Shown here: positions 8,497 to 18,693 of the stretch, in pieces | How the letters are laid out: every line of letters starts with the position of its first letter | Position numbering within the stretch: position 1 is the stretch's first letter | From: Verrucomicrobiota bacterium | GTDB lineage: Bacteria; Verrucomicrobiota; Verrucomicrobiia; Limisphaerales; JAFGQR01 | Assembly (NCBI GenBank): GCA_016935555.1 | Contig: JAFGQR010000129.1 | Span: 13,867-77,866 of the forward strand | DNA length: 64,000 nucleotides | Reading direction: 5' to 3' | Program-made: the position numbers and the translations under genes | Notes under the pieces: model-generated | What the model was told of the DNA's origin: nothing | The model's input: the letters and a program-made list of their open reading frames with translations, nothing else | Databases searched by the model: none

Positions 8497-9609
8497 ATGA
8501 ATGACCCCACCTCGCCCCTGCCCTTGGCGGATTTGAACCACGTCCAGCAGCATGCGGCGGATCTCTGGCCGCGGCTGCGGGGTGAGACGGTGCTGCTGAC
8601 GGGCGGCACCGGCACGATCGGGCGCTGGCTGCTGGAGAGCTTCGCGCACATCAACCGAAGCCTCGACTTGCAGGCCCGCGTGCTCGTCCTGACCCGCAGC
8701 CCGGAACACTTCGCCGCACACGTCCCCCACCTCGCCTCCGATCCATGCGTGCGATTCGTTCGCGGCGACGTCCGCGCCCTGGATCCCGCCGATGTGTCCG
8801 ACGCGCAGGCGGACTGCCCCGCCGGACGGGTGGCGTTCGTGGTTCATGCGGCCTCCGACACGAGCCCGAGTCACGTCGGCGGCGCCGCCTTCCGCACGCT
8901 GGACACGCTGTATTCGGGCACGCGGCGAGTGCTGGAGTGGGCGGTCACACAGCCGGCCGCGCGCGTGCTGCTGTTGAGTTCGAGCGCCGTCTATCTTCCG
9001 GGGCCGGCCCTGGCGCAGCCCGTTTCCGAGGAGCACCCCGAGGCGTCGTCTTGCGCGTCGGCGGCGAACGCGGCGGGGGAGGGGCACCGGGTGATGGAAC
9101 TGCTGGGGGCCATCTTCCGCGAGGAGCACGGGTTGGACTGCAAGACGGCGCGGTGTTTTGGATGGATGGGGCCGGGCATGGGGCTGAAATCGCGGGACGG
9201 CGTCTGCAGCTTCATTCAGGACGTGCTGGGGGGCGGCCCGGTGCTGCTGCCGGAGGATGGGGCCTCGCTCGGCTCGTATCTTTACCTGGCCGACCTGGCC
9301 GTCTGGCTGTGGACGATGCTGCTGCGCGACAGCGTGTCTTCGGTGTTCAACGTGGGGTCGGACGAGGCGTTGCCGCTTGGCGAGATTGCCGAACGCATTG
9401 CCGCCCTGAGCCCGGAGCGGCCGCCGGTGATCCGGACCGGTGCGCCAGGTCTCCGGCCGACAGCGTCTTCGGCCATACCGGACGTCAGCCGGGCCCGGCG
9501 GGAACTGGGTTTGGACGTGTGGATTCCCTTTGCCACAGCGGTTCGCAAGACGTTCCAGTATTACGGGGCATGGTTCGAGAACCAGCCGCCACAGGCCGTG
9601 GCCGCGTGA
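8497..9609 (+). CDS. NAD-dependent epimerase/dehydratase family protein
   Basis: Rossmann motif VLLTGGTGTIGRWLL and an SDR-extended layout. The substrate is not inferable. Confidence 0.8.
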   Translation: MNDPTSPLPLADLNHVQQHAADLWPRLRGETVLLTGGTGTIGRWLLESFAHINRSLDLQARVLVLTRSPEHFAAHVPHLASDPCVRFVRGDVRALDPADVSDAQADCPAGRVAFVVHAASDTSPSHVGGAAFRTLDTLYSGTRRVLEWAVTQPAARVLLLSSSAVYLPGPALAQPVSEEHPEASSCASAANAAGEGHRVMELLGAIFREEHGLDCKTARCFGWMGPGMGLKSRDGVCSFIQDVLGGGPVLLPEDGASLGSYLYLADLAVWLWTMLLRDSVSSVFNVGSDEALPLGEIAERIAALSPERPPVIRTGAPGLRPTASSAIPDVSRARRELGLDVWIPFATAVRKTFQYYGAWFENQPPQAVAA

Positions 9610-9697
9610 ACGCGCAGCCCGGACCGCCCGGCGCTCGAAGCGCCGCGAAACGGTCACGGTCACGGCGACGGGGGAAGGCGGCCTGCCCTGACGACGA

Positions 9698-9718
9698 GGC
9701 GGGCAAACCCGCCTTTTT
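9698..9718 (+). terminator. Intrinsic terminator candidate downstream of the epimerase gene
   Basis: GGCGGG-caaa-CCCGCC hairpin followed by TTTTT (9714-9718). It is one of very few hairpin-plus-T-tract structures in the window. Confidence 0.55.
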
Positions 9719-9809
9719 CCTTGCAAGGGAGGACGCGCGGGTGGCACGGGGCTAACCCCGCTCTGCGGTTCTCCGGGCGCATTTCTCACCGGGCGGGGGG
9801 GGATGCGGG

Positions 9810-10223
9810 CTAGGGGATGCCGGCCAGGACGCTGCGGACCAGTTGGGCGAGGGTTTCGGGCTGATAGGGCTTGCCGAGGAACCGGTCGATGCGCGCCGAG
9901 GCGTTGAGGACGATTTCCGGGCCGACGGTGCCGCTGAGGAGGATGGTCTTGATCTGCGGATGCAGGTGCTGGCAGCGGGCCAGGAAATCGCACCCATTGA
10001 GGCGGCCCATGGCGTAATCCGTGACCACGAGGTGCGGCCTGGCGCGCGCGCGGACGAAGGCCTTGTAGGCGAGTTCGGGGTCGGTGAACTTTCGCAGCGC
10101 ATAATGATCCGGCTTGAGCGCGATTTCAGCCAGATCAAGCAGGAGCGGCTCGTCGTCGACGAGCCAAATACGAATGGGGGCCCTCGCCGGGCGTGCAGAC
10201 CGCGATTGCCCGGGTCGCTTCAT
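9810..10223 (-). CDS. Stand-alone CheY-like response regulator receiver protein
   Basis: IRIWLVDDEPLLLDLAE...LVVTDYAMGRLNG...ILLSG...FLGKP contains the acidic pocket, phospho-Asp and Lys positions. I chose the start at MKRPGQ (10223); the ORF track start at 10280 is also possible. Confidence 0.8.
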   Translation of the reverse strand: MKRPGQSRSARPARAPIRIWLVDDEPLLLDLAEIALKPDHYALRKFTDPELAYKAFVRARARPHLVVTDYAMGRLNGCDFLARCQHLHPQIKTILLSGTVGPEIVLNASARIDRFLGKPYQPETLAQLVRSVLAGIP

Positions 10224-10432
10224 GAGGTCGCAGGCCGGTGCATGGGCCGCAGTAAACACCAGCCCGCCCGGCCTTGGCAAGCCAAGTTTGCCGCTGCGAG
10301 AGCGGAACGGAGCGCGCTCGTGATATTATGGGACCACGAAATTCAGGGTTGCGGGCAGCAACGAGCCTGATTAGAGTGCCATTCGTGGTCAGGAGCGACA
10401 CGCGCTCCCCGCACGAACCCTATGAAAGCCAC

Positions 10433-11701
10433 ATGAAAACCGAGAGCGCGAGAAAAACCGTGAAGCCGGCGGCGGCGCACGGGGCGCGGCCGCCGTCCGG
10501 CAGGAGGAAGTCCGGGAAGCGGCCGGCGAGAGTTGCGAGGAACGGGGCGGCGATTCCGCCGATCTTGCTGGAGGGGGACGCCGGTGGGGTGGGGTCGGCG
10601 AGCGGGCCCGGGGGGCGGTTTGTGCTGGGGCCGAGGCCGCCTGCGGAAGGCAGGGTGGACGCGGTTGAGGATCAGGAGCTGCCTGAGGCGTACGGGACGA
10701 GGCGGCTGCTGCTGACGGCGAGGGATCCGCACTGGGTGTATGCGTGTTGGGATTTGACCCGCGACCAGCAAAGGCGTTATAATAAAAGTTCCGCGGACGG
10801 CCACCTGGTGCTTCGCATTTATCGCGATTCCATTGAGGGCGAGCCCGTTCACGAAATCGCCGTGCACCCCGAGTCGCGCAACTGGTTTGTGAACGTGGGC
10901 TGCGGAGGCACGCGTTTCCAGGCCGAGCTGGGTTATTACCAGCGAGGCCGGAAATGGGCCCGGGTCTCGACTTCGGGGGTCACCCTCACGCCGCCGGACA
11001 CGATGTCGGACGATTTGTCGCTCGCGTTCGAGACGTTGCCGGTGGAACTTCAGTTTTCGCAGCTTGTGGATTTGGTGAAGGTGGCGGTGAGCCGCAACGT
11101 GCCGCTTCTCGAAGCCATCCAGCAACTGCGGGCGACGGGCTACCCGGGGCTTCCTGAACGCGGCGATGTGCAGGCGCGGCGCTGGACGCCGGAACAGGAG
11201 GCGGTTCTGGCGCGGATCGTCAACATGGACGCGGTGCGGCGGATCTGGATGGGTTCACTGGAGATCACTGAAGTGATCCGCCGGCAGCTGCACCAGGAGA
11301 TGTGGTCGGCGGCGGCGGCTCAGCTGGGTCAGGCGGGCCTTTGGAGCGGCGCCCTCTCCAGCATCGGCAGCGTGTCCAGCCCGTTCGGGCTGCCGGGCAA
11401 ACCGCAGTCGTTCTGGTTCAACGTGAACGCCGAACTCGTCATCTACGGCGCCACCGAGCCCGATGCGCAGGTGACGATCGGCGGTCGGCCGATCAAGCTG
11501 CGCCAGGACGGCACATTCAGCTACCGGTTTGCGTTGCCCGACGGCAATTACTTTCTGCCGGCGGTCGCGAAGTCGGCCAATGGCGAGGATCAGCGTGTGG
11601 CGGAACTGGCATTCCGGCGCGGCACGCACTACCAGGGTGAGGTGGGCCGGCATCCGCAGGATCCCGCCCTCAAACCGCCACGCCCCGACGATCTCTCCTG
11701 A
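10433..11701 (+). CDS. DUF4912-type protein (commonly paired with GH57 branching enzymes)
   Basis: Basic N-terminus, then RLLLTARDPHWVYACWDL...HLVLRIY and a C-terminal FWFNVNAELVIYGATEPDAQVTIGG...DGTFSYRF module. It sits directly upstream of the GH57 gene. The start was chosen at MKTESARK. Confidence 0.7.
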   Translation: MKTESARKTVKPAAAHGARPPSGRRKSGKRPARVARNGAAIPPILLEGDAGGVGSASGPGGRFVLGPRPPAEGRVDAVEDQELPEAYGTRRLLLTARDPHWVYACWDLTRDQQRRYNKSSADGHLVLRIYRDSIEGEPVHEIAVHPESRNWFVNVGCGGTRFQAELGYYQRGRKWARVSTSGVTLTPPDTMSDDLSLAFETLPVELQFSQLVDLVKVAVSRNVPLLEAIQQLRATGYPGLPERGDVQARRWTPEQEAVLARIVNMDAVRRIWMGSLEITEVIRRQLHQEMWSAAAAQLGQAGLWSGALSSIGSVSSPFGLPGKPQSFWFNVNAELVIYGATEPDAQVTIGGRPIKLRQDGTFSYRFALPDGNYFLPAVAKSANGEDQRVAELAFRRGTHYQGEVGRHPQDPALKPPRPDDLS

Positions 11702-11772
11702 GTTCCGACACGGCTTTCGTCGCGGAAACCGGGGAAACATCACGTCGGCCGGGTTCGCCTGAAGCCGCTCCC

Positions 11773-13347
11773 ATGAAAGGCTACCTCTCACTCCTGTTGC
11801 ATGCGCACCTTCCCTTCGTGCGACACCCGGAGCATGAGCGCTTTCTCGAGGAGAACTGGCTCTACGAGGCGATCACGGAAACCTACCTCCCGCTGGTGCA
11901 GATCATGGACGGCTGGATGCGGGACGGTTTGGAGACGCGGCTGACCATGACGATGTCGCCGACGCTGTGTGCGATGCTGCTGGACCCGTTGTTGCAGGAC
12001 CGGTTTGTGCGGCACGTGGACGGCTTGATTGAACTGGCCGAGAAGGAGGTGCACCGGACGACGTGGGACACCGCGTATTGCCCGCTGGCCCACATGTATT
12101 TCGAGCGGTTCAAGTCCCTCCGCGAAACCTACGTCCATTACGGCCGCAACCTCGTCGGCGCGTTCCGCAAGTTCCAGGAAGCCGGCAACCTCGAAATCAT
12201 CACCACCGCCGCCACCCACGCCCTGTTGCCCCTGCTCGCCAACCACCCGCCCTCCCTCCGCGCCCAGATCCTCGTCGCCCGCGACCATTACCGCGCCTGC
12301 TTCGGCCGGGACCCGCACGGCATCTGGCTGCCCGAGTGCGGTTACGTCGAAGGCGTCGAACCCGTCCTCCAGGAGGCCGAGATCCGGTGGTTCATCCTCG
12401 ATACCCACGGCATCCTCCATGCCCGGCCCCGGCCCCGCTTCGGGGTGTATGCGCCCCTGTTCACCCCCCACGGCCTCGCCGCCTTCGGCCGCGACCTGGA
12501 TTCGGCCCGCCAAGTCTGGAGCAAGCACGAGGGTTACCCCGGCGACACGCGCTACCGCGATTTCTACCGCGACATCGGGTTCGATCTCGACTTCGATTAC
12601 GTGCGCCCCTATCTGCCGACCGACCACCAGCGCAGTTTCACCGGCATCAAATACCACAGCATCACCGGCCACCCCGCCGAAAAACACATCTACGACCGCC
12701 GTGCCGCCCTCGAGGTCGCCGCCCAGCACGCCCAGCATTTCCTCGAGGCCCGCCTCAGCCAGGTCCACGACCTCGCCAGGGCGATGGACCGTCCGCCGGT
12801 GATTGTGTCGCCCTACGACGCGGAACTCTTTGGGCACTGGTGGTATGAGGGGCCGGAGTTTCTGGATTACCTGGTGCGCAAGGTGCTGTTCGACCAGAGC
12901 ACCTTCAGGCTGACCACGCCGTGGCAGTACCTGGGCCAGCACCCCACCCACCAGGTGGCCGCCCCCAGCCCCTCCAGTTGGGGCGAGGAAGGCTACTGGA
13001 AGGTCTGGCTCAACGAAACCAACGAATGGATCTATCCCCACCTGCATGTCGCCCAGGAACGCATGACCCATCTCGCCCGCCAGTTCCCCCGTGCCAAAGG
13101 CCCGGTCGAACGCGCCCTCAAACAGGCCGCGCGCGAACTCCTGCTGGCCCAGTCCAGCGACTGGCCTTTCATCCTGCGCACCGGCACCAGTCCCGACTAC
13201 GCCCGCAAACGCGTCAAGGATCACCTCCTGCGGTTCATCGCCCTGCACGAACAGTTGACCGCCACCCGCGTCGACGAGCACTGGCTGGCGCGGATCGAGG
13301 CGATGGACAACCTCTTTCCCGACGTCAACTACCATTACTGGGCCTGA
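11773..13347 (+). CDS. Glycoside hydrolase family 57 1,4-alpha-glucan branching enzyme
   Basis: MKGYLSLLLHAHLPFVRHPE...ENWLYEAITETYLPL, WLPECGY and SPYDAELFGHWWYEGPEFL are GH57 signature blocks. Confidence 0.85.
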   Translation: MKGYLSLLLHAHLPFVRHPEHERFLEENWLYEAITETYLPLVQIMDGWMRDGLETRLTMTMSPTLCAMLLDPLLQDRFVRHVDGLIELAEKEVHRTTWDTAYCPLAHMYFERFKSLRETYVHYGRNLVGAFRKFQEAGNLEIITTAATHALLPLLANHPPSLRAQILVARDHYRACFGRDPHGIWLPECGYVEGVEPVLQEAEIRWFILDTHGILHARPRPRFGVYAPLFTPHGLAAFGRDLDSARQVWSKHEGYPGDTRYRDFYRDIGFDLDFDYVRPYLPTDHQRSFTGIKYHSITGHPAEKHIYDRRAALEVAAQHAQHFLEARLSQVHDLARAMDRPPVIVSPYDAELFGHWWYEGPEFLDYLVRKVLFDQSTFRLTTPWQYLGQHPTHQVAAPSPSSWGEEGYWKVWLNETNEWIYPHLHVAQERMTHLARQFPRAKGPVERALKQAARELLLAQSSDWPFILRTGTSPDYARKRVKDHLLRFIALHEQLTATRVDEHWLARIEAMDNLFPDVNYHYWA

Positions 13348-13390
13348 TTTTTTGGTTTCGGCGCCACCGGATTTCCGGCTAAATCGGCCC

Positions 13391-14317
13391 GTGCATTGGG
13401 AGAAGGTGACGCTGGTCGGCGCCGGTTTGTTGGGCGGCTCGCTGGGCCTCGCGCTGCGTCAGCGCCGCCTCGCGCGCCGCGTCGCCGCCTACGTGCGCCG
13501 AGCCGCCAGCGCCGGCGAGTGCCGGGAACTCGGCGTCGCCGACGAGGTGGGCCTCGACTTGCACGCCGCCGTCGCCGGGTCCGACCTGGTGGTTCTGTGC
13601 ACCCCCCTCGCCGAAATCCCGCCTCTCGCCACCGCTCTCCGCCCCGCCCTCAAACCCGGCGCGCTCGTCACCGACGTCGGCAGCGCCAAAGCCGCCGTCG
13701 TCCGCGACCTCGAAGCCCCCCTCGCCCAGGCCGGCGCACACTTCGTCGGCAGCCACCCCCTGGCCGGCCTCGAGAAAAGCGGCGTCCGCGCCGCCCGCGC
13801 CGACCTGTTTCAGGACGCCATGTGCGTCGTCACTCCCACCGCCCGCTCCCACCCCGGCGCGGTGCGCCGTCTCAAGGAGTTCTGGCAGTCCGTGGGCGGC
13901 AAGCCGCTGGAAATGGCGGCCGAGCTGCACGACGCGCTCGTCGCCCGCTCCAGTCACCTGCCCCATTTTCTCGCCGCCGCCCTCGCACACTCGGTCCTTG
14001 ACCCGGCCCGCCACCCCGCGCAGGCGCTTGTGTGCGCCAGCGGGTTTCGCGACATGACCCGCCTGGCGTCGGGCTCGGTTGAGATGTGGCGGGACATTGC
14101 GCGGGCCAACGCGGACCACCTGCGCGAGGCTCTCGACGGATTCATCGCCGAACTGCGGCGTCTGCGGCAGATCCTCGATGCGCCCGGGGACGACGCGCTC
14201 CAGGCGTTTCTGGAGACCGCCAAAGAGCGGCGCGACGGCTGGTGCGCCGCGGGGGCGTCTTCCCCGTCTGAAGAATTGCCAACCCCTTCACGCCATGCCG
14301 CTTCCCGAGTTGATTGA
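13391..14317 (+). CDS. Prephenate/arogenate dehydrogenase (monofunctional TyrA type)
   Basis: VTLVGAGLLGGSLGLAL Rossmann motif, then GSHPLAGLEKSG and SHLPHFLAAAL. I prefer the GTG at 13391; the ORF track start (TTG at 13352) is also possible. The 3' end overlaps aroA by 23 nt. Confidence 0.8.
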   Translation: MHWEKVTLVGAGLLGGSLGLALRQRRLARRVAAYVRRAASAGECRELGVADEVGLDLHAAVAGSDLVVLCTPLAEIPPLATALRPALKPGALVTDVGSAKAAVVRDLEAPLAQAGAHFVGSHPLAGLEKSGVRAARADLFQDAMCVVTPTARSHPGAVRRLKEFWQSVGGKPLEMAAELHDALVARSSHLPHFLAAALAHSVLDPARHPAQALVCASGFRDMTRLASGSVEMWRDIARANADHLREALDGFIAELRRLRQILDAPGDDALQAFLETAKERRDGWCAAGASSPSEELPTPSRHAASRVD

Positions 14318-15578
14318 AGTGGTGCCCCTGGCCTCGCCCGTCGATGCCACGGTGACCGTGCCCGGCTCCAAAAGCATCACCAACCGCGCGCTCGTGCTGG
14401 CGGCGCTGGCCCAGGGCGAGACGCTTCTGGAGGGTGCGTTGTGGAGCGACGACACGCGCGTGATGGTGGACGCGCTGCGGGTGCTGGGCTTTCGCGTGGA
14501 CGTGGCGCCGGCGCCGGATGACGCGTGCAACCGGACGATAGCCGTTCAAGGCCGCCGCGGCGAGGTGGGGCAGGGGGGCACGCTGGAGCAGCCCCTGGAA
14601 TTGTTCGTGGGCAACGCCGGCACCGCCGCGCGATTCCTCACCGCGCTGGTGTGTCTGGGCCGCGGCGTCTACCGGATTCACGGCGCCGAGCGGATGCACC
14701 AGCGCCCGCAGGAGGCCCTCTTCGACGCGCTGCGCGAACTGGGATACTGCATCGATTCCGTCAACAGCCGCCTGCCCGCCGACATCCACGGCGGCGGTCC
14801 CCGCCAGGGCCAGTGCTGCGTCAGCCTCCGGGACAGCTCCCAGTTCGCGTCCGCGCTGTTGCTCTGTGCGCGCGCCGGCGGCTGGCACGTCAACGTCCTC
14901 GGCGCCAACCCCGAGGAGTCCGCCTATGTGCGCATGACGCATGAGTTGATCCGGGCCTTCCCCGGCGACGGCGGCACGTTTCATGTCGAGCCGGACGCCT
15001 CGAGCGGCAGTTACTTCTGGGCCGCCCAAGCCCTCCAGCCCCAGGATCCCCATGCCCCCCACCACATCGCCGTCGCCCATTGGCCCCGCTCCGGCTGGCA
15101 AATCGATGCCCGCTTCCCCGAATGCCTCCCCCTCCCCCACACCCTCTCCCGCCAAACCGACCTCGGCGACAGCATCATCACCGCCATCGCCATCGCGCCC
15201 CTCGCCACACACCCCGTCCGGTTCACCGACCTCAGCCGCCTTCGCGTCCAGGAATGCGAGCGCGTCGCCGTCTTGCGCACGGAACTGGCCCGCTGCGGCG
15301 CCCAGGTCCGCGAAACCGGCGACACCCTCGACATCCGCCCCGGACCGCTCCACGGCGCCACCATCCAGACCTACGACGATCACCGCATCGCCATGAGTTT
15401 CGCCATTCTGGGGTTGAAAGTGCCCGGACTCAAAATCCACAATCCCGCGTGCGTCAAAAAAACGTTTCCAAACTTCTTTCAGAAGCTGGCTGCACCCCCG
15501 CCGGACGGGTTGGGCGTCACCATTCTCGATGCGGTCGCCGGCACCCCCCTGGCGGCGTCCGCCCTGGTGGCGGAGTGA
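14295..15578 (+). CDS. aroA: 3-phosphoshikimate 1-carboxyvinyltransferase (EPSP synthase)
   Basis: Internal ATG of ORF 14079..15578. Motifs: VPGSKSITNRALVLAALA, GNAGTAARFL, DHRIAMSFAILGL. Confidence 0.95.
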   Translation: MPLPELIEVVPLASPVDATVTVPGSKSITNRALVLAALAQGETLLEGALWSDDTRVMVDALRVLGFRVDVAPAPDDACNRTIAVQGRRGEVGQGGTLEQPLELFVGNAGTAARFLTALVCLGRGVYRIHGAERMHQRPQEALFDALRELGYCIDSVNSRLPADIHGGGPRQGQCCVSLRDSSQFASALLLCARAGGWHVNVLGANPEESAYVRMTHELIRAFPGDGGTFHVEPDASSGSYFWAAQALQPQDPHAPHHIAVAHWPRSGWQIDARFPECLPLPHTLSRQTDLGDSIITAIAIAPLATHPVRFTDLSRLRVQECERVAVLRTELARCGAQVRETGDTLDIRPGPLHGATIQTYDDHRIAMSFAILGLKVPGLKIHNPACVKKTFPNFFQKLAAPPPDGLGVTILDAVAGTPLAASALVAE

Positions 15579-15713
15579 CGCGTTCGTCGCGGCCCCGCAT
15601 GGCGCGTTTCAAACCCGGGTTGGGGATTGGAAATCCCCAGTCCCCAGGCGGCGATGGGCGGTGCGCCGTCGCGAATGCCGCGGGCCATGCGAACGTTGAA
15701 AGCTGAAATCGCC

Positions 15714-16397
15714 ATGCCTGTGTCTCCGATTGTGATCACCATCGACGGTCCCAGCGCCAGCGGCAAGAGCACCAACGCGCGCCGCGTGGCCCGGGCGCTG
15801 GGCTATGTGTATGTCGACACCGGCGCCATGTACCGCACCCTGGCCTGGCATTGCCTGCGCACCGGTGTCGACGTCCATGACCCGAAATCCGTGGCCGCCG
15901 CCTGCCGCCATTGGAGCGCGCGGCTGGTGTGTGCGGACGGCGACCCGCGCCAGGTGCGGCTGCTGGTGGGCGCGTATTGGCCCGAGAAGGAAATCCGCAG
16001 CGCGGAGACGAGCGCCGCCGTGCCGCACGTGGCGGCCGTGCCCGCCGTGCGGCGCTGGATGAAACGCGCGCAACGCGCGTGCCTGCGGTTTGGCAACCTC
16101 GTCATGGAAGGCCGCGACATCGGCACCAACATTTTTCCCGAGTCGGAGTTCAAGTTCTTCCTCGACGCCTCGCTCGGCGAGCGCTCGCGGCGCCGCGCCG
16201 CCGACGGCGTGGAGGACGACCTGGCGGCCCGCGACGCGCGCGACAGCCAGCGGGCGGCGGCGCCTCTGATGATTCCCCTTGGGGCGAGGATCATCAACAA
16301 CTCGAGCCAAACCCCCGAACAAACAAGCCGGCTGATCCTCAACGACATCCGGCGGCGCCTCCGGCAGCGGACCGCCCGCGCGCCGCGCGAGGATTGA
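15714..16397 (+). CDS. cmk: Cytidylate kinase
   Basis: ITIDGPSASGKSTNARRVARALGYVYVDTGAMYR and GRDIGTNIFP. The start was chosen at MPVSPIV. Confidence 0.9.
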   Translation: MPVSPIVITIDGPSASGKSTNARRVARALGYVYVDTGAMYRTLAWHCLRTGVDVHDPKSVAAACRHWSARLVCADGDPRQVRLLVGAYWPEKEIRSAETSAAVPHVAAVPAVRRWMKRAQRACLRFGNLVMEGRDIGTNIFPESEFKFFLDASLGERSRRRAADGVEDDLAARDARDSQRAAAPLMIPLGARIINNSSQTPEQTSRLILNDIRRRLRQRTARAPRED

Positions 16398-16449
16398 GCC
16401 GCATGCCCCTTCGATTGCCGTGTGCGGCTCCTCTTCAACGCTCGGATCG

Positions 16450-17103
16450 ATGCACCTCAGCTACCGGCTTGGCTACCGCGCGTTTCGGGCCCTTTTTGCC
16501 ACCTATTTCCACTGGCGTGTGTTCCATCCCGAACGCGTTCCCGCCGCCGGCCCCGTCATTCTCGCGGCCAACCACGCCAGTTTCATCGACCCGCCGCTCG
16601 TGGGCGCCGGCATCCGGCGGATGGTCCATTACCTGGCGCGCGACACGCTGTTCAACGTGCCCGTGATGGGCGGGCTGCTGCGCCTCTGGCGCGTGGTCCC
16701 CGTGGATCGCGAGGGCGGGGGCGGCGCGGGCCTGAAAGGCATCTGGGACCGCCTGGCCGAGGGCGGGGTGATCCTTCTGTTCCCCGAGGGCACCCGCACC
16801 TGCGACGGGCGCCTGCGCCCGGCCAAGGCCGGCGTGGGTCTCGTCGTGATCAAATCCATCGCGCCCGTCGTGCCGGTGCGCGTCTTTGGCACCTACCAAG
16901 CCTATGGCCGGCATCTGCGCTGGCCGCGACCGCGGCGCGTCATGGTCAAATACGGGCTTCCGCTGGATTTCCGGGAGTTGCGCGCCGAGGCCCGCGTCTG
17001 CGCCAAGCCGCGGCTCAAGACGGTTTACCAGGCCGCGGCCGACCAGATCATGGAGGCCATCGCGCGGCTCGAGCCGTGCCGCGACGTCCGCCAGTTCCCC
17101 TGA
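16450..17103 (+). CDS. plsC: 1-acyl-sn-glycerol-3-phosphate acyltransferase family protein
   Basis: Acyltransferase HxxxxD block (ANHASFIDPP) and FPEGTRT block. The start could be the ATG at 16450 or the GTG at 16420. Confidence 0.85.
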   Translation: MHLSYRLGYRAFRALFATYFHWRVFHPERVPAAGPVILAANHASFIDPPLVGAGIRRMVHYLARDTLFNVPVMGGLLRLWRVVPVDREGGGGAGLKGIWDRLAEGGVILLFPEGTRTCDGRLRPAKAGVGLVVIKSIAPVVPVRVFGTYQAYGRHLRWPRPRRVMVKYGLPLDFRELRAEARVCAKPRLKTVYQAAADQIMEAIARLEPCRDVRQFP

Positions 17104-17261
17104 ACCCCGGCGCTCACGCAACAGCTTGCCGTCCTTGACGTCGCCGGCCTTTGCCCGCGGGGTCGACATCCACCGCAGGCCCGGTTACGACCCGGAGGAG
17201 GAGGTGCCTGGGGTGAGGCGGCGGCTTTGGGATTGACCGCGAAGTCGGCTTGACGTTAACC

Positions 17262-17684
17262 ATGGCGGCCTTGTGGCGTATGGTTGAGCAGGACGACCTC
17301 GATTTGATTTATGTGTGCGCCTTTGCCGCGGGGGGGCTGGTGATGGCGCTGGGGCCGATTGCGGTGGCGAGGCTGCTGGCGGCGCGGCGAACGCGGCAGT
17401 CCGCCGGCAAGACCGGCCAGTATGTCGAATGCGGCATGGACCCCATCGGCGACGCCTGGATCCGCTACAGCGCGGTGTATTACCGGTATGCGCTGGTCTT
17501 TGTGGCGTTTGCGGTGGACGTGCTGTTTCTAATCCCGGTGGCGCGGGTCTACCGCTCCCAGGCCGCGGGGCGAGGCTTCGTCGAACTGCTGCTCTTCGTG
17601 GGGATTCTCTCGCTGGTGATCGTCTATGCCTGGAAAAAAGGACACTTCGAATGGACTCCAAAACCCCGTCCTCCCCCGTCGTGA
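17262..17684 (+). CDS. nuoA: Complex I subunit A
   Basis: [37 protein letters not shown] (ND3 family). I prefer the ATG at 17262 over the TTG at 17250. Confidence 0.85.
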   Translation: MAALWRMVEQDDLDLIYVCAFAAGGLVMALGPIAVARLLAARRTRQSAGKTGQYVECGMDPIGDAWIRYSAVYYRYALVFVAFAVDVLFLIPVARVYRSQAAGRGFVELLLFVGILSLVIVYAWKKGHFEWTPKPRPPPS

Positions 17685-18148
17685 CGTTTGCGGCCCTGGA
17701 CCGCCTGCTGGCGGCGGGCCGGGCCAACTCGCTGTGGCCGCTCACCTTCGGCCTGGCATGCTGCGCCATCGAGATGATGGCCGCCGGCGCGTCGCGTTTT
17801 GACATCTCGCGGTTCGGGGCGGAGGTGTTCCGGCCCTCGCCGCGGCAGGCCGACGTCATGATTGTGGCCGGCACCGTGAACTGGAAAATGGCGCCGGCGG
17901 TGAAGACGTTGTATGACCAGATGCTGGAGCCCAAGTGGGTGATTGCCATGGGCAACTGTGCGATTTCAGGCGGGCCCTTCGTGTTTCCGGGGCAATACGC
18001 CGTGGTCGAGGGCGTCGACAAACTGTTCCCGGTGGACGTCTATATCCCCGGTTGCCCGCCCCGCCCGGAGGCGCTCATCGAGGGCATCCTGGAACTCGAA
18101 CAGAAGATCACCGGCAAGCGCCGCTGGCCCAGGGTCCAACCCGCATGA
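17651..18148 (+). CDS. nuoB: Complex I subunit B (20 kDa, N2 cluster)
   Basis: [32 protein letters not shown]. Confidence 0.95.
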   Translation: MDSKTPSSPVVTFAALDRLLAAGRANSLWPLTFGLACCAIEMMAAGASRFDISRFGAEVFRPSPRQADVMIVAGTVNWKMAPAVKTLYDQMLEPKWVIAMGNCAISGGPFVFPGQYAVVEGVDKLFPVDVYIPGCPPRPEALIEGILELEQKITGKRRWPRVQPA

Positions 18149-18693
18149 CGCCGTCCCCCGAGCAGATCGCCCGCGAACTGGCCTCCCGCTTCCCGCCGTC
18201 CCCCCCGGCAGACGCGCCGCCCCCCGCCGCCCCGGCGCTCGCCTCGACGGGCGGGCCGGCCGGCGCGACACCCGCGGAAGGGGGCGCGGCGGAGGCGGGC
18301 ACGGTGCGCATGTTGGACTACGCGCGCTGCGGGTGCCACCTGGAGGCGCACGTGCAACCGGCCCAGGTCGTGGCGGCGGCGGCCCTGATGGACCAGTTCG
18401 GCTTCGCCCTGGACACGATCACCGGCCTGGACTGGCTGCCCGCAGGCCGGATGGAAATCGTCTACGATTTCTTCCATCCGCACGCAACCCTGCGCGTGGC
18501 CGTGCGCACTCGCGTCCCGCGCGACCAGCCCGATGTCCCCACCGTTTCCAGCATCTTCCCAGGCGCCAACTGGCATGAGCGCGAAACCCATGATTTTTTC
18601 GGCATCCGGTTTCTCGGGCATCCGGGGTTGACGCCGTTGTTGTTGCCGGAGGAGGCGGCGTTTCACCCGCTGCGGAAGGATTTCACGGGATGA
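18145..18693 (+). CDS. nuoC: Complex I subunit C (30 kDa) with an Ala/Pro-rich N-terminal extension
   Basis: [20 protein letters not shown]. The start overlaps the nuoB stop. Confidence 0.9.
   Translation: MTPSPEQIARELASRFPPSPPADAPPPAAPALASTGGPAGATPAEGGAAEAGTVRMLDYARCGCHLEAHVQPAQVVAAAALMDQFGFALDTITGLDWLPAGRMEIVYDFFHPHATLRVAVRTRVPRDQPDVPTVSSIFPGANWHERETHDFFGIRFLGHPGLTPLLLPEEAAFHPLRKDFTG

Noticed and set aside
13345-13356. A T-run (TTTTTTGGTTT) immediately after the GH57 stop codon.
   Set aside because: No preceding GC-rich hairpin is present, and the next gene starts within about 40 nt. It is not an intrinsic terminator.
15622-15638. A hairpin, GGGGATT-GGA-AATCCCC, presenting GGA in the loop between aroA and cmk. 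This would be the shape of a CsrA binding site, and csrA is in the window.
   Set aside because: It is a single short site, with no second GGA motif and no overlap with a ribosome-binding site. It sits about 75 nt from the cmk start. That is too weak to call a CsrA target or a terminator (there is no T-tract).
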